A DNA stretch of 50,000 nucleotides, taken from NCBI RefSeq assembly GCF_004010195.1, contig NW_025214730.1, positions 1 through 50,000 on the forward strand, written 5' to 3'. Shown here one piece after another: positions 1-11,930 of this stretch. A model generated the notes under the pieces. The model did no database searches and had not been told where the DNA came from. It saw nothing but the letters and a program-made list of their open reading frames with translations. The translations under genes were made by a program, and so were the position numbers. The stretch is from Chiloscyllium plagiosum (lineage: Eukaryota). Numbering within the stretch: the first letter of the stretch is position 1; the number at the start of each line of letters is the position of its first letter.

Positions 1-1986
1 GTGCTGAGAGTTTGTTATGTTCACGTCACAGGCATCTTATTTAGATCCTAGCTTTGCACCACTTCTGAAGCTGCAAACCAGAAAGTGCCCTTCACTGTTT
101 GGTGCTGCACTGTTATCCCCGAAGAAACATCCCAGGAAGAGAAGTTAGTTCCTTAGCGACCGAGATAACATTGAGTCAGTACAGAGTCTGAAGAGAAACA
201 CAATGCAAACAGGTCAATGATCATCTACTATCTGCAAGGGTAAGTGTCATCGTCTTCTCTTTACTACCTTATACTCACTGTGCCACTACTCAGTCTAAAT
301 TCTACTGATGCACACGCTTCTTCCAAACCACAAACCCTTCCTGCCTTCACTATTTACTCACCACCTCTCTTGCATCACCACTATCTGCTCTCCAATTCAA
401 ATTTTTCTTGGACTCAGCCCTTCCCTTTATTTCATTACAGGGAAAACAAAAATCTGCCCATCGTCCCTTCCTGATGTCTGCACAGCACGTTGACTGGCAA
501 ACCTATAATACACAGACTATTTGTTTGTGACCTACAGGACTGACCATGGCTAACTAAGTGTGAATAAATCTGTTGACTGACATCATTCCCATCGTCTCCA
601 TTACGAACTGCTGCTCTTTGACTTTTACAAATGAATGTTTGGTTGATGTACATGCAATTGAATTTGTCATATAAGCTGCTGACTCACACTGTAGGAGTGA
701 CACTGACATAGCAGGGTGTCTTATGCAAACATATCGACCTCCTTGACAGTTCAGTTACTAAATTGTGACAAGTCCCACCATCCTTTATGTGCTAAAAACA
801 ACGCATGGAATAGTAACCAACAGCCTCTAAGCAAATAATATGAAAGTAAGACAAGGGCCATTAGTTGCATCCTTTGTGTCCTTGTGCGCAAAGTCTCTAA
901 GTCTCTAAAGCCTACCTTGATTTGGTTTCCAAAATGCAAGCCGTCAGGTATAGAGGTTTCAGGAAAGAATTTCAAAAGTTAAGCTTTGGCAGCTATTGGC
1001 TCAGGCACCAGAACAAGTAACAATTAAAAATAGGCTTGCTTAAAGAATGGGACATAAAGCCACACAGTTAACTTAGAAGACTGAAACACAGGAGATAATT
1101 AGAGATAAGAAATGGTCTGATTCTGGAAGAATTTGAAAACACCACTGAGAATTTTTAAATTGAGACATGGTTTAACTGAGAACCAGGGTAGTTCAGTTAA
1201 CTCAGGAGTTATGGAGGAATGTATTTAGTACAAGTTCAAACATGAATAGCAGAGTTTTGAATGAGGGCAAGTTATGGAGGCTACAATGTTTATGGAGGCT
1301 AGTCAGGAAAGTATCATGGTTGTCAACAAGACATAGATGAGGATTTCAACAATAAAAGATTTGAGGCGGGACAAAAATGTTATGAAAATAGAAATTGGTG
1401 CTTTAAGCTATAACATGAATGTGTAGTTAATAGCTTGTCTCAGGACCAAATATAACAACAAAGACAACACAGGAAAGTCAATTGTAAAAAAAAAATCACT
1501 AAGTCACTAGAGTGTCTGGAAAGAATTTTCTTCATAGTGAATTGTTTCTGTGAATAATGTGGATAATTGAGTGTTTTACAGAAAAACAGTACCAGCAAAA
1601 ATATCAGTTGGTACAAAAATCATAAAACATTACTATGAAGATTGCTATTTCCAATGAAGTAAATTGTGATGGGAAATATTTTTTTACAAATATTTCATTG
1701 TGTAACTTATAAAATGCCATAAAATTTGAATGGGGTGGAATGCAAAAAGGATTTCCTCTACTCGAAATATGCATTTATATTACAACCTTGTGCTGTGCTA
1801 TTGCAAAGCTAATAGGGATTGATGAAATAACAAAGGGATAAGACAAGCATCAAACCAATAACTGATCTCCCTGGAAGTGTGATGAAAGTTGGTTCGACTG
1901 AGGCATTTAAGAGGGTAATGGATGATTATGTGAATAGAAATAATGTGCAAGGTTATGGGGACAAAGAAGGATATTGACACTCCATA

Positions 1987-2052
1987 ATGATGCTTGTTTG
2001 AAAGGATGGTGTGGGCATGATGCTTGTTTGAAAGGATGGTGTGGGCATGATG
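1987..2052. repeat. Perfect 30-bp tandem duplication
   Basis: atgatgcttgtttgaaaggatggtgtgggc x2 plus atgatg, in the tail of a CR1 fragment (~1840-2090). Confidence 0.9.
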
Positions 2053-2596
2053 AGCCAAATGGCCTCTTTCTGCACCATGACAATTCTGTGATTGGTTCAA
2101 GATAATTGCAAACCTAGTTTAAAAAAAAACACACACACCTTCTGGATGTTTTTAAACCCTATCCCACTACCTCTCAGCTGAATATAATAAAAAATTTAGG
2201 TCACTGTCAGAACAGATTGGAAATTCGCTTAATTTCAAAGCCAACATCGAGCTTTCAAAGAAAACCATCAAAAATCAAAATTTGTCATTTGTCACAGAAT
2301 ATAAAGGCCACAGAATATTTCAACACTTGAGTTTATGGTGTGTAAATAAAAATGTATGAAAAGTGGGTAATCAAGAAGATTGGTAGTAAAAACATGAGGG
2401 GGCGGGGTGAGTGAAATTTTGGATCGTATCATATACCTTCTATTTGCCCTAAACTGGCTTAAGCAAACAATTTGTAATAAATAAAAACTTGTCATAAGGT
2501 CATTGTTAACTGTTACATTGAAAAAAAGGTAGTAATCTTTATGCTGATCTACAGAAATTAAGATCAACTCTCACAAAGAGACAAAATAGAATGATA

Positions 2597-3080
2597 AAGA
2601 GGAACTTCAATTATTCGAACATCAATTATCCAAAAATTGGATTATCCGAAGGAGATCTCGAGGTGCCGATAGAAACATTACATCAAAGGTGTGTTTCCAA
2701 CACTGATCGCGTCTTTTGTTTTAGTGATTAAACAGGCACTGTCTCCAAATGACAGACCTCCCGCCCTCTCTCTCTCTCTCTCTCACTCTCTCCCCACACT
2801 TTCCCTGGAGTTCTACACAGGGGTGTACCCTAAATCCCACTTCTCCAGATAATCTGTCCAACATTGTCCTGTACAGGGCAAAGGTGGAACCTGTCAAAAA
2901 GTTACAGTAAAAAGCTGTGTGCGTATGTGTGCATGTGCGCTATTTGGAGACTCAACCCCCAAAAGACACCAGCAGCAGCGGCAGTCTTGTTGTTGATGTC
3001 CAGTCCAGCTGCCCCGGAGAGGGGGCGGGGGTGGACGGGGTGGTGTTGGATGGGGTTGGGGGTGCAGGCGGGATTCAGGA
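2597..3080. mobile_element. Truncated non-autonomous Tc1/mariner (Tigger/pogo-like) element
   Basis: Starts ta|aagaggaacttcaattattcgaa (TIR-like); the body resembles the reverse complement of the 18705-19317 element; the other end is replaced by a SINE fragment. Confidence 0.65.
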
Positions 3081-3102
3081 TTCTCCCCTTCAGGATTCCT
3101 TC

Positions 3103-3300
3103 AGGTGCTCCAGTTTCCTCCCACAATCCAAAAGTGCGCAGGTTGGGTGGACTGACCATAATAAATTGCCTATAATATCCAAGGATGTACAGGCCAGGCA
3201 GATTAGCCATAGGAATTGCAAGGTTACAGGGGTAGGGTAGAGGAAATGGGTCAGGATCGGATGCTCTTCAGAGGTTTGGTGTGGACTTGATGGCAAAGGA
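3103..3300 (+). mobile_element. HE1-like SINE 3' fragment
   Basis: ggtgctccagtttcctcccacaatccaaaagtgcgcaggtt...ggtgtggactt matches the SINE bodies at 33093-33397 and 40423-40738. Confidence 0.7.
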
Positions 3301-4504
3301 TTTTGTGTCTGCTTCGGTGTTTGCATCAACATTGATACTTCTCTGCAAATGTATTGATCGGTTCAGGATTAGATGTATCACAGAATTTAATGCAAAATAA
3401 CAAATATCACAGGGGCAGAGAAAAGAAATTTAATAACGTGAGCATTTTACAATAATAATTGCTTGAAAAAGCTAGACTGCAAAGAATACACTCTGGTATA
3501 TTTAGGTAAAAGTGTTCTGAGTGACACATAAATCTAAATGTGAAATAGGGTTTTTCAAAAGTGGTCTCACCCTAATAAAAAGCACAATATATTTTTAGAT
3601 ATTATACTCCATGTTAAATTATAATGACTGGAATTTCCCTTTGAGTACATTGAAAGTGCCCACCTCAAAAATTGATCATCTATCATAGTCTGACTGATTA
3701 TTTAATAAAAATGGATAACCTATTGCAAAAGAACTGGCTTAATTAAGTGATGAGTCCTGTTGAAATGCAATAATGCCGAAACAAGAGCACCATCTGGATA
3801 ATTTCTGTAAAGTAAGCCCAAATATTTTCTGTCAATGTTAAAGTAATGGTCACAGACATCCACATCTTAAACATTCTGTATCATGGTGCTTTCCCATTGT
3901 GATCCCGTACTGAGATTTGAAAGTTGTTGCAATTCCTCAGTGAGAATGGAGAGAGAGAGCAGGATATGGGGACTGTGAGTAGGAACCTATTAGGCAAAAT
4001 ACAGCTGCTATAAGTTGGTCAGAATTCTATTATAGCTCAAATTTGAGCCCACAGGTCCCAATCCCCATTTTGGAAACCCTGCTCTATCACACTGACAAAG
4101 TCAATTCTGACTTACGTTATTGAAAGAATACCTTTGCCTTTATGCCACTTAAATTAAGAGCTATTGAAGATCAGGGAGTTTAGTAATTGAGACCACAGGT
4201 AGAGATGTTTTCAATGGCATTTTTCATTAAGTCTAAGAAACTGATACACGTATATTTGCACAACATTAAGATTACATTTCTTGACCTTGGAATGGCAAAA
4301 ACAACAGTTAGTGTACCAAGGAACTTATTGATAAAGACATTGCAATAACTGGCATGCATACAGAATTAGGCTAATCTTTGTAGCCAGAAATTGAGGATTA
4401 TTTCAGAATCTATACTATTTGAAATCCAAGGATTCATGGTTCTTCTCCTTGATAAGTAATATGCTGCTGGAAATGGTAAGTAAATTCTGCTCCCTTGGAT
4501 CCAT

Positions 4505-4587
4505 GGGCTTATGCCCGAAACGTCGATTCTCCTGTTCCCTGGATGCTGCCTGACCTGCTGCGCTTTTCCAGCAACACATTTTCAGCA
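4505..4587 (+). repeat. Penelope-type short repeat, one arm
   Basis: gggcttatgcccgaaacgtcgattctcctgttccctggatgctgcctgacctgctgcgcttttccagcaacacattttcagc, nearly identical to 31687-31749. Confidence 0.7.
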
Positions 4588-5381
4588 TCCATAGTATCAG
4601 ACAATTTGCCTCTTAACACACAACTCCTTATACATAACAAAAAAGCAGCTATGAACTTTGGCTAACTCACAAAACAAGAATGGAATAATATCAAGCTGAC
4701 CCTTGGCACAAAGTTGCTTGTTTATGGGTCTGTTCCCAGAACCTAGTTGTACTGCAAAGAAATATACAAGACTTGCAGCTATTGAAAAAAAATTAATCTC
4801 AGCCACTCTCATTTTTGCGATTCGCAACACATTCTGGACATCTCGTGGAAAGTCAAAACAATGAATGTTGGCAAATATGTTGTCTCTGAATGATGAGTGC
4901 CAAATGTAATGGCTTGGAGATGGAAGTTGAACACAAGACTTTTCTATATGACAAGCCAGTAGTGGAAATGCCCAAAGCTCCACTTTAAGGATGATTGCAA
5001 GAGTGGCACAAAGGCACTAAAACATTGATTCTTGCACCTGGGAGAAATTAGAAATTGGCTGACATATGCCACAAGTTGAGAGGTACCAACACCAAAAGTA
5101 CCAAATTACAACATCTAATACACAACTTCACATCTGGCAGGTAGTTCCTTCAATCATCAGAAATGCATAACCCGAAGCTATACTATTTCAAATGGATTTA
5201 GTGCATCATCTTATGTGGATTAAAGGATGCTGATAACAAAGTAACTATCCACGAAACAGATGTTTAATGCTTCCATTTACTGTTTTAAACTTTGAACTCA
5301 CATTGCTACAGGAAAACAAAATTATTGGATGAGCTGAGCTGTTTTAATACAAGACATTACATATTTAAAGGCCGCCACAGA

Positions 5382-5920
5382 TGATGTTAAAAATCACACA
5401 ACACCAGGTTATAGTCCAACAGGTTTAATTGAAAGCACACTAGCTTTTGGAACGACGCTCCTTCATCAGGTGATAGTGGAGGGCTCGATTGTAACACAGA
5501 ATTTATAGCAATAATTTGCAGTGTGATGTAACTGAAATTATACATTGAAAAATTGATTGTCTGTTAAGCCTTTCATCTGTTAGAATACAGTGATAGTTTC
5601 ACTTCTTTCATGTGTAAATCACAAAATCTTTTTTAAAAGTTGCATTCTCGGGTTAGCTGTTAACAATGGTGATAGCTAGACAATATATTGAAGGTGTAAG
5701 CCCCCTGTGTTCTCTGTCTATGACCTGATGTTTAGATTGATTCTAATCTAAGAAGTGAGATAACAAGAGTTTTACATAAATTCATGCAGTTTTTGAGCTC
5801 AGAGTTCTACAAGAATGTATGCAGTTTTTGAGCAAAGTGCAATGCAACTCTGCAAATACAAATTCACCTCACAAAATATATGTACACCCCAGTCCAACAC
5901 CGGCATCTCCAAATCATGAC
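5382..5920. mobile_element. Penelope-like element remnant (pLTR with hammerhead-like core)
   Basis: aaaaatcacacaacaccaggttatagtccaacagg...ctagcttttggaacgacgctccttcatcagg...cccagtccaacaccggcatctccaaatcatga; minus strand carries CTGATGA-stem-(A)AAAGCTA. Confidence 0.55.
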
Positions 5921-7060
5921 CATAGATGATATTCTTGTTACATAAAGATTTTTAGAGCAAATTATTTTCTTTGCCATCCCGCAGTAAATGCTAAACTCCT
6001 GTCAATTCTCAGGCAACGCTAAAATATATTATCCTTTAATCTAATACTATATGCAGCATAATTTGATTTGCTCAGATTCTAGGTGTGAAATTTAACAGTT
6101 AATTTGCTCTGCTGACCTGCAAGAAATTGAATGCCCCAGAGAGGCTGGGACATCTCTGTTCTACAGGTAGAATGTAAGTAAATTTACATTCCCATACCTT
6201 GCCATTCAGAGCCATTTACATGGCCATCTCCTATTATTCAGAGATAATTTACAATTGCATCATCATCCTATTCAAAATCAATAAGAACATTGCTCTTGTT
6301 TGAATTTTGACTACTTCCTATAGTTTAAAAAAATCACAACAGAAGGGATGATTTACATTATATTGTTTCTGGAAATGATGCAGTCACTGAATTGTGTCTT
6401 GTGTGGCATGTGACTGTGGGGGAGTGACTGGGCAGTTGTATTGTGGGCATTATTGACTGCGATGTAAAGTTTTTGTATAAAGGAAGGACTGTCTCCTTTG
6501 TTCAGAGAGACCTCTCGACACACTTCGCAAGCATGGCAGAGTGCTAAGGGTTTCTCCAAAGTTTGTATGGAACTGTGCTTAGTAAAATTTTGGTCGTTGT
6601 TCACAGAAGTTGGTGCATTGCAGTCACATCAAGTGTGTAAGAATCTCAGAAAAAAAGGACCTAACACAGGCTCTAGTTTTGAACTTAACCAAATCTCTCA
6701 AACTCAATATAAAATACTATCACATTAAAATCATTTATATTATCATCCTATAGACTCTGAAACAGTTGTCATGGATTGGAGGGTAGCTAATGTATTAAGC
6801 TTTATTATTAGCTATTTAAAACAAGGAGATAGAGGAATGAAACAGGGAATTATAGGCGAGTCAACCTAACATCGGTAGTAGGGAAAATGCTAGAGTCCAT
6901 TATAAAAGACTGAACAGCAGAACCCTTGAAACACATCTCATCACCTCTAACTCTCCTCCATTAAATATGTCCTTGGACCTCATTATTCATCAAGGTTTAG
7001 ACAATTTGTCCTTGTATAAGAGTCGAAAGAACTGTAGACGCTTTAAATCAGAAATGGAAA

Positions 7061-7170
7061 GAAGTTGCTGGAGAAAAGCTCAGCAGGTCTGACAGCAGCT
7101 GTGAAGAAAAAATAGAGTTAATGTTTCGGGTCCGGTTCTGCCGGACCTGCTGAGATTTCCCAGCAACTTC
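7061..7170. repeat. Palindromic (fold-back) short repeat
   Basis: Arms gaagttgctggagaaaagctcagcaggtc / gacctgctgagatttcccagcaacttc; same family as 8836-8951 and 31579-31749. Confidence 0.65.
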
Positions 7171-7389
7171 TTTCTGTGTGTGTTTCGAATTTGTCCTTGT
7201 TTGACTTGGTGTCAAATTTCATTCAGTAATGATCAAAGTAAAAGCCTCAAAGGGCGTTTATTACATCAAGGGCACTATGCACTATTGGAGCGCACACCAA
7301 CATTTACAGTTAACCAAACGGTAAACATCCAATTAACGAAGTACCCCTCGGGTATATATAAATAGAACCAATTCAGAACCGCCACTCAC

Positions 7390-7416
7390 CCGAGAAAGCA
7401 ATAACCAAGTCGCCAT
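7390..7416 (-). CDS. Putative first coding exon of a divergently transcribed gene (MATWLLLSR; ACADSB candidate by synteny only)
   Basis: Minus strand acaATGGCGACTTGGTTATTGCTTTCTCGG|gtgagt: strong Kozak, 9 codons, phase 0, consensus donor, at the edge of the CpG island. No downstream exon recognised in the window. Confidence 0.45.
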
Positions 7417-7639
7417 TGTATCCTTTGCAACGACTAATGGAATACAAGAATAATTTGGATAAATTAGTGGTATTTGATTTTGTTGCTTGGAGAGTGCAGC
7501 TACTGCAGCTTACACATCTCCAGAGTTCAGACACATGCAATCAATCGCTCAACCTATTCGGAGACGTCAGCCCTATTCCAAAGAGATCAAAACTTGTTTT
7601 TTTAGGGTAATCTGAAAAGCGTGTGAAAACGGAAGGGCA

Positions 7640-8560
7640 AAATTCAAACGTCACAGCGGACGGCAACGACGTTTGGCTCTGAGCTGCGGGGTTGTGCTCC
7701 GCTTCCGGGCGGTCCCGGGGCCTGTCATTGGCGGAAGTGCTGTAGCCCCTCCCCGCTGATGTCACTTCCCTCTGGCGGCCTGTCTGTTTGTGTATCCCGA
7801 TTCAACTGTGACATCGACGCCGGCCTTTTGTTCCTTTCGCCTTCGGGGATTGCGGCTCAGGAAACGAGCTCAAGGAAAGCGTCCTCCTTGTCTCTTCCAT
7901 CCCCGCTCCACCAATCACGGGGACAGTCACCAAGCAAGCGTCCAGACGAGCTGGCTCGCTCATCTTTTCTCTCCTCGGTGGGGAGTGCTGTTATGTTTTG
8001 CTGTTTCGAAGCCTCTAACCAGTGTGTGGAATTAAGCTAAAGGTATTTGGGGGATTGGTGATCGTTACCCCCCCCCCCGAGTGGGGGGCGGGGATGGGGG
8101 CAGTGGTCTGATCCGCATTAACAATCCCGCAGCTCCCGGATGGAGCGTTTGAAAAAAATAACCGAAACGGCTCGAGCCCTCTCAGCTTTCGGACGAAAGT
8201 AAAACTTGTAAGATACGTTGATGGGGATTTTGCGGATAGACTGTTTCCGACCTTCTCCCACCCACACCTGATCCTATGTTTCTTTTAACCATCGATGTGC
8301 TTCTTTAATCCGTTGTGCCTGTTTTATTCTGCGTCTGTCGATGTTCAAAAATAGCGTGGGCCGCTCCGATGTTAACTTTGAGCCTGGTCCGTTGTGAGTG
8401 ATGGTCCAGTCGGCCAATGGGGGGCGGCGCTCGAGGACGTCTCCCCCCCCCGTTGCACCAATGGGCGTGGGGGAGGGGTGGGCTCTCCGATAGAGTCGGC
8501 CACAACAGCCATTTGTAAAAGGGAACGAAGCTCTCCCAGTCCGACAGGAGGGGCGCCTGC
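7640..8560. promoter_or_regulatory. CpG island, probable bidirectional promoter of IKZF5 copy A and a divergent gene
   Basis: Sharp GC/CpG enrichment in an AT-rich background; ETS-like motifs (cttccgg ~7703, gcggaagtg 7731, cacttcc ~7763); CCAAT boxes (~7911, ~8414, ~8458); candidate + strand donor AAG|gtattt after 8042. Confidence 0.8.
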
Positions 8561-8799
8561 AATGGCAAATTAACCTTACATAGTTGATCGTGAGCTACCT
8601 TTGTCGCATTTTAAACACAAACGTACTTTTTAAGTGGTTAGACGAAGCCTCTTTATGCCGAGGATGATTAGTTTCGGAGGGTTTAAGGAGTCACTGGCAG
8701 AGGACACTTTTACCGTGGAGAAGGCAAAAGTGCAGCAGTTAATCCAGTTAGCACTCTTATGTATTGAAAAGACTGAACATTATCCGAGACGACATTGAG

Positions 8800-8951
8800 T
8801 ACTGCAGATGCTAGAAATTAGAGTCAAGATTCAAGTAGTGTTGGAAAACTGTAGCAGGTCAGGCAGCATCTGAGGAGCAGGAAAACTGACATTTCGGGCA
8901 AAAGCCCTTAATAAAGCTACCTGACCTGCTGTACTTTTCCAGCACCACTCT
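8800..8951. repeat. Palindromic (fold-back) short repeat
   Basis: actgcagatgct...ttggaaaactgtagcaggtcaggcagc...tttcgggcaaaagccct...gctacctgacctgctgtacttttccagc. Confidence 0.7.
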
Positions 8952-9409
8952 AACCTTATTATCCTACTCAGTTTAGTGAAAGAGAGCCTAACGTAGGTCA
9001 CTTTTTTTTCTACAAAAGTGACTACAAAGCAAGTACCTAATAATAGTGTTGATAACTGAGGAATTAGTTGAATCAACTGTCGAGGATAAAATATAAAATG
9101 ATTACAAAGAGTAACTATAATTTAATAAAGGATGAATTAATCTTATAATTTAAAAATAGCTCTCTTCCTCAAGTGTGTTCAAATAGTTAGTCAGTACAGA
9201 TGGAAAATTGTTCATTGACTGCTAAGTGTAGACTGTGTGCATCTAGCTACTCTGTATTTAGCGGGCTGTGAAGGAAACAAAAAAATGCTCGTGTGAAGGT
9301 CCTCCTGTCAAAGGTTAGCTCAAATAAAAAGCCCAAAAAGGCCAATCTATTTTTTTTAAAGTACTTGCCAAAGCTTTACAGTGCTTGTTAAATACTATCG
9401 CTTTTATTT

Positions 9410-10030
9410 CCTTTCGTGGAATAGAGGTGTTGCTGGCAAAGCCAGCACATATTGCCCATTCCTCATTGCCCTTGAATTTGGTGAGCTGTCTTCTTGAATT
9501 GCTGCAGCCTGTATGTGAAAGGGAGATTCATGACTCTGACTCAGTGACAGTAAAGGAACAGTGATATACAACTTGTTCAGATTGGTGTATGTCTTGGAGA
9601 GGAGCCTGCAGGCGGTGGTGTTTCTTGCACCTCCTGGTTTTGGATGATAGAGGTCACGGACTTGAAAGTGCTGTCAGTGGAGTTTTGGCAAGCTCGTAGA
9701 TGTGCAGCTATCGTGAACTTGTGGTGAATAGAGTGAATGTTTGTTATGTTAGGTGGAATGTTGATCCCACAGGCTGCTTTCCTCTTGAACATGTTGAATT
9801 TCTTGTCTGTTGTACTCAACAAGTGGAGAATATTTCATCACATTTTGACGTTATGACTTGATGATGGAAAGACTTAGGGGGGAATTGGGAGGTGACACAA
9901 TAATTACAGAATTCCCAAAGTCTGACATACTATTGTAGTCTCAGCATTTAATTTATTAGTCCATTTAAGCATCTGGTTGGTAATCCCCAGCATTTTGGTG
10001 CATGTTCTAGCAATTGTAATGCTGTTGAGT
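9410..10030 (-). mobile_element. Decayed LINE 3' fragment (same family as 32340-35830)
   Basis: Shares similar segments with 32345-32730 and with the reverse complement of 18150-19490. Confidence 0.5.
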
Positions 10031-10298
10031 GCACCTATAAAATTGTAAATGTTGCACTTCGTCAAATGGTGTAAAAATTAGGTTTGCTGATGTTTTTGAA
10101 CGTGGATAGCAAGTTTAGAAGTAGTAAACAGAAGTGGTTTGGAGGGGAAATTCCAGACAGTAGGACTGTAATGAGGAAGGCTTCGCTATGAACACTCAGG
10201 GAAGATGCACTGAAAAGTCAATAGCTGCAGGCTAGGACATGTAACTGAGGAATCTGAAGAAGTAGGATCAAGTGAGGTTGTACAAGGATTTGACGAAT

Positions 10299-11425
10299 GG
10301 AGTCAGGTGTACAGGGTGGAAACAGACCCTTCGGTCCAACTCATCCATGCCAACCAGATATCCTAAATAAATCTTGCTGGCATTTGGCCCATATCCCTCT
10401 AAATCCTTCCTATGCATATACCCATCCAGATACCTTTTTTAAATGTTATAATTATACCAGTCCCCACAATTTCCTCTGGCAGCTCATTCCATACATGCAT
10501 GACCCTCTGTGGAAAAGTTGACCCTTGGGACCATTTTAAATCTTTCCCCTCTTACCTTAAACCTGTGCTCTCTAGTTTTGGACTCCACTACCATGGGAGA
10601 AACAAACACCTTGGCTGTTCACCGTATTTGTGCCCCTCATGATTTTATAAACTTCTATAAGGTCACCACTCAGCTTCCAATGCTCTAGGGAAAATAGGCC
10701 CCAGCTGATTCAATCTTTCCCTATAGCTCAAACCCTCCAACCCTGGCAATATCCTAGCAAATCTTTTTCTGAACTCTTTCAAGTTTCACAGTGTTCTTCC
10801 AACAGCAGGAAGACCAGAACTGAATGTAGTATTCCAAAAGTGGCCTCACCAATCTCCAGTATAGGTGCAACATGACCTCCCAAGTCCAACATTCAATGCA
10901 CTGACAAATAAAGCCAAGCAGACCAAATGCTGTCTTCGTTATCCTGTCTACCTGCGACTCTACTTTTGAGAACTATGAACCTGCCCTCCAAGGTCTCTTT
11001 GTTCAGCAACATTCTCTAGGACCTTACCATTAATTCCTGCTGTGATTTTCCCTTTCCAAAAACCAGTACTTCACATTTATCTAAATTAAACTCCGTCTGT
11101 CCATCTGATCAAGGTACTGTTGTACTCTGATGAAACCTTGGCTGTCCACTACACTACCAATTTGGATGTTATCTGCAAACCTACTAACCAACCTTCTATG
11201 TTCGGTATCCAAATTATTTATGTAAATGACAAAAAGCTGTGGACCCAACACCAATCTTTGTGCCACACCACTGGTCACAGGTCTCCAATCTGAAAAGCAA
11301 CCCTCCACCACCACCCTCTGTCTCCTACCTTCGAGTTAGTTTTGTATCCAAATGGCTAGTTCTCTCTGTATTCCATGTGATCTGACCTTGCTAACCAATC
11401 TACCATGTGGAACCTTGTCAAACAC
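10299..11425 (-). mobile_element. CR1-clade LINE 3' remnant (RT, frameshifted)
   Basis: Minus ORF VVEGCFSDWRPVTSGVAQRLVLGPQLFVIYINNLD...SRFADN is the non-LTR RT GVPQGSVLGP/FADD region; homologous to 33455-34415 and 44005-44900. Confidence 0.9.
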
Positions 11426-11599
11426 CATACTGAATGATTGAGTATAGTAATTGGGCTGGAGCAAACAATAGGCAGAACAACTAATGCTTGCAATGGGTTG
11501 CAGAGGATTTTTGGAGAAGTTAAATCTAGTGGTAACTCAAGTATCAATGTTATTTGCAGTTACAGTATTGTTTGTTTATTTTGTTCAAAGGATGTTTGT

Positions 11600-11930
11600 C
11601 ACTGTCAAAGCCAGCATTGGTTGCATATCTCAAATTGCACTTGGACTGTGTGGCTTACTAGGCCATCTCAACTGGCTGTTAAGTCAAGCACATTGCTGTG
11701 GGTCTGGATCACGTAAAGATAGAGCACCTTTTCTAAAGGATGTTAGTGATCCAACTGGTTCTTTTAGGACTGATTTTGTTGCCACTATTACTGAGATTGG
11801 CTTTGAATTCCGGATTTATTGAATTTAAATTCCACAAGCCGTTAAGATGGGATTTGAAATTATGTCCCCAGAGCGTTAGCCTCAGCTTCTGAATTACTAG
11901 TCTGGTAACATTACCACACTGCCACCATCT
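11600..11930 (-). mobile_element. Degraded tRNA-derived SINE
   Basis: Reverse complement resembles 15972-16320 (gatggtggcagtgtggtaatgttaccagactagtaattcaga). Confidence 0.55.

Noticed and set aside
1..1000. Short ORFs and isolated splice-like signals (donor ~240 on +, acceptor ~188 on -)
   Set aside because: The frames checked near these signals contain stops and there is no recognisable protein similarity.
2139..2177. 39-nt minus-strand candidate exon (LRGSGIGFKNIQK) in phase with the 7390 exon
   Set aside because: Acceptor is plausible but the donor (gtgtgt) sits in a CA microsatellite and there is no recognisable homology.
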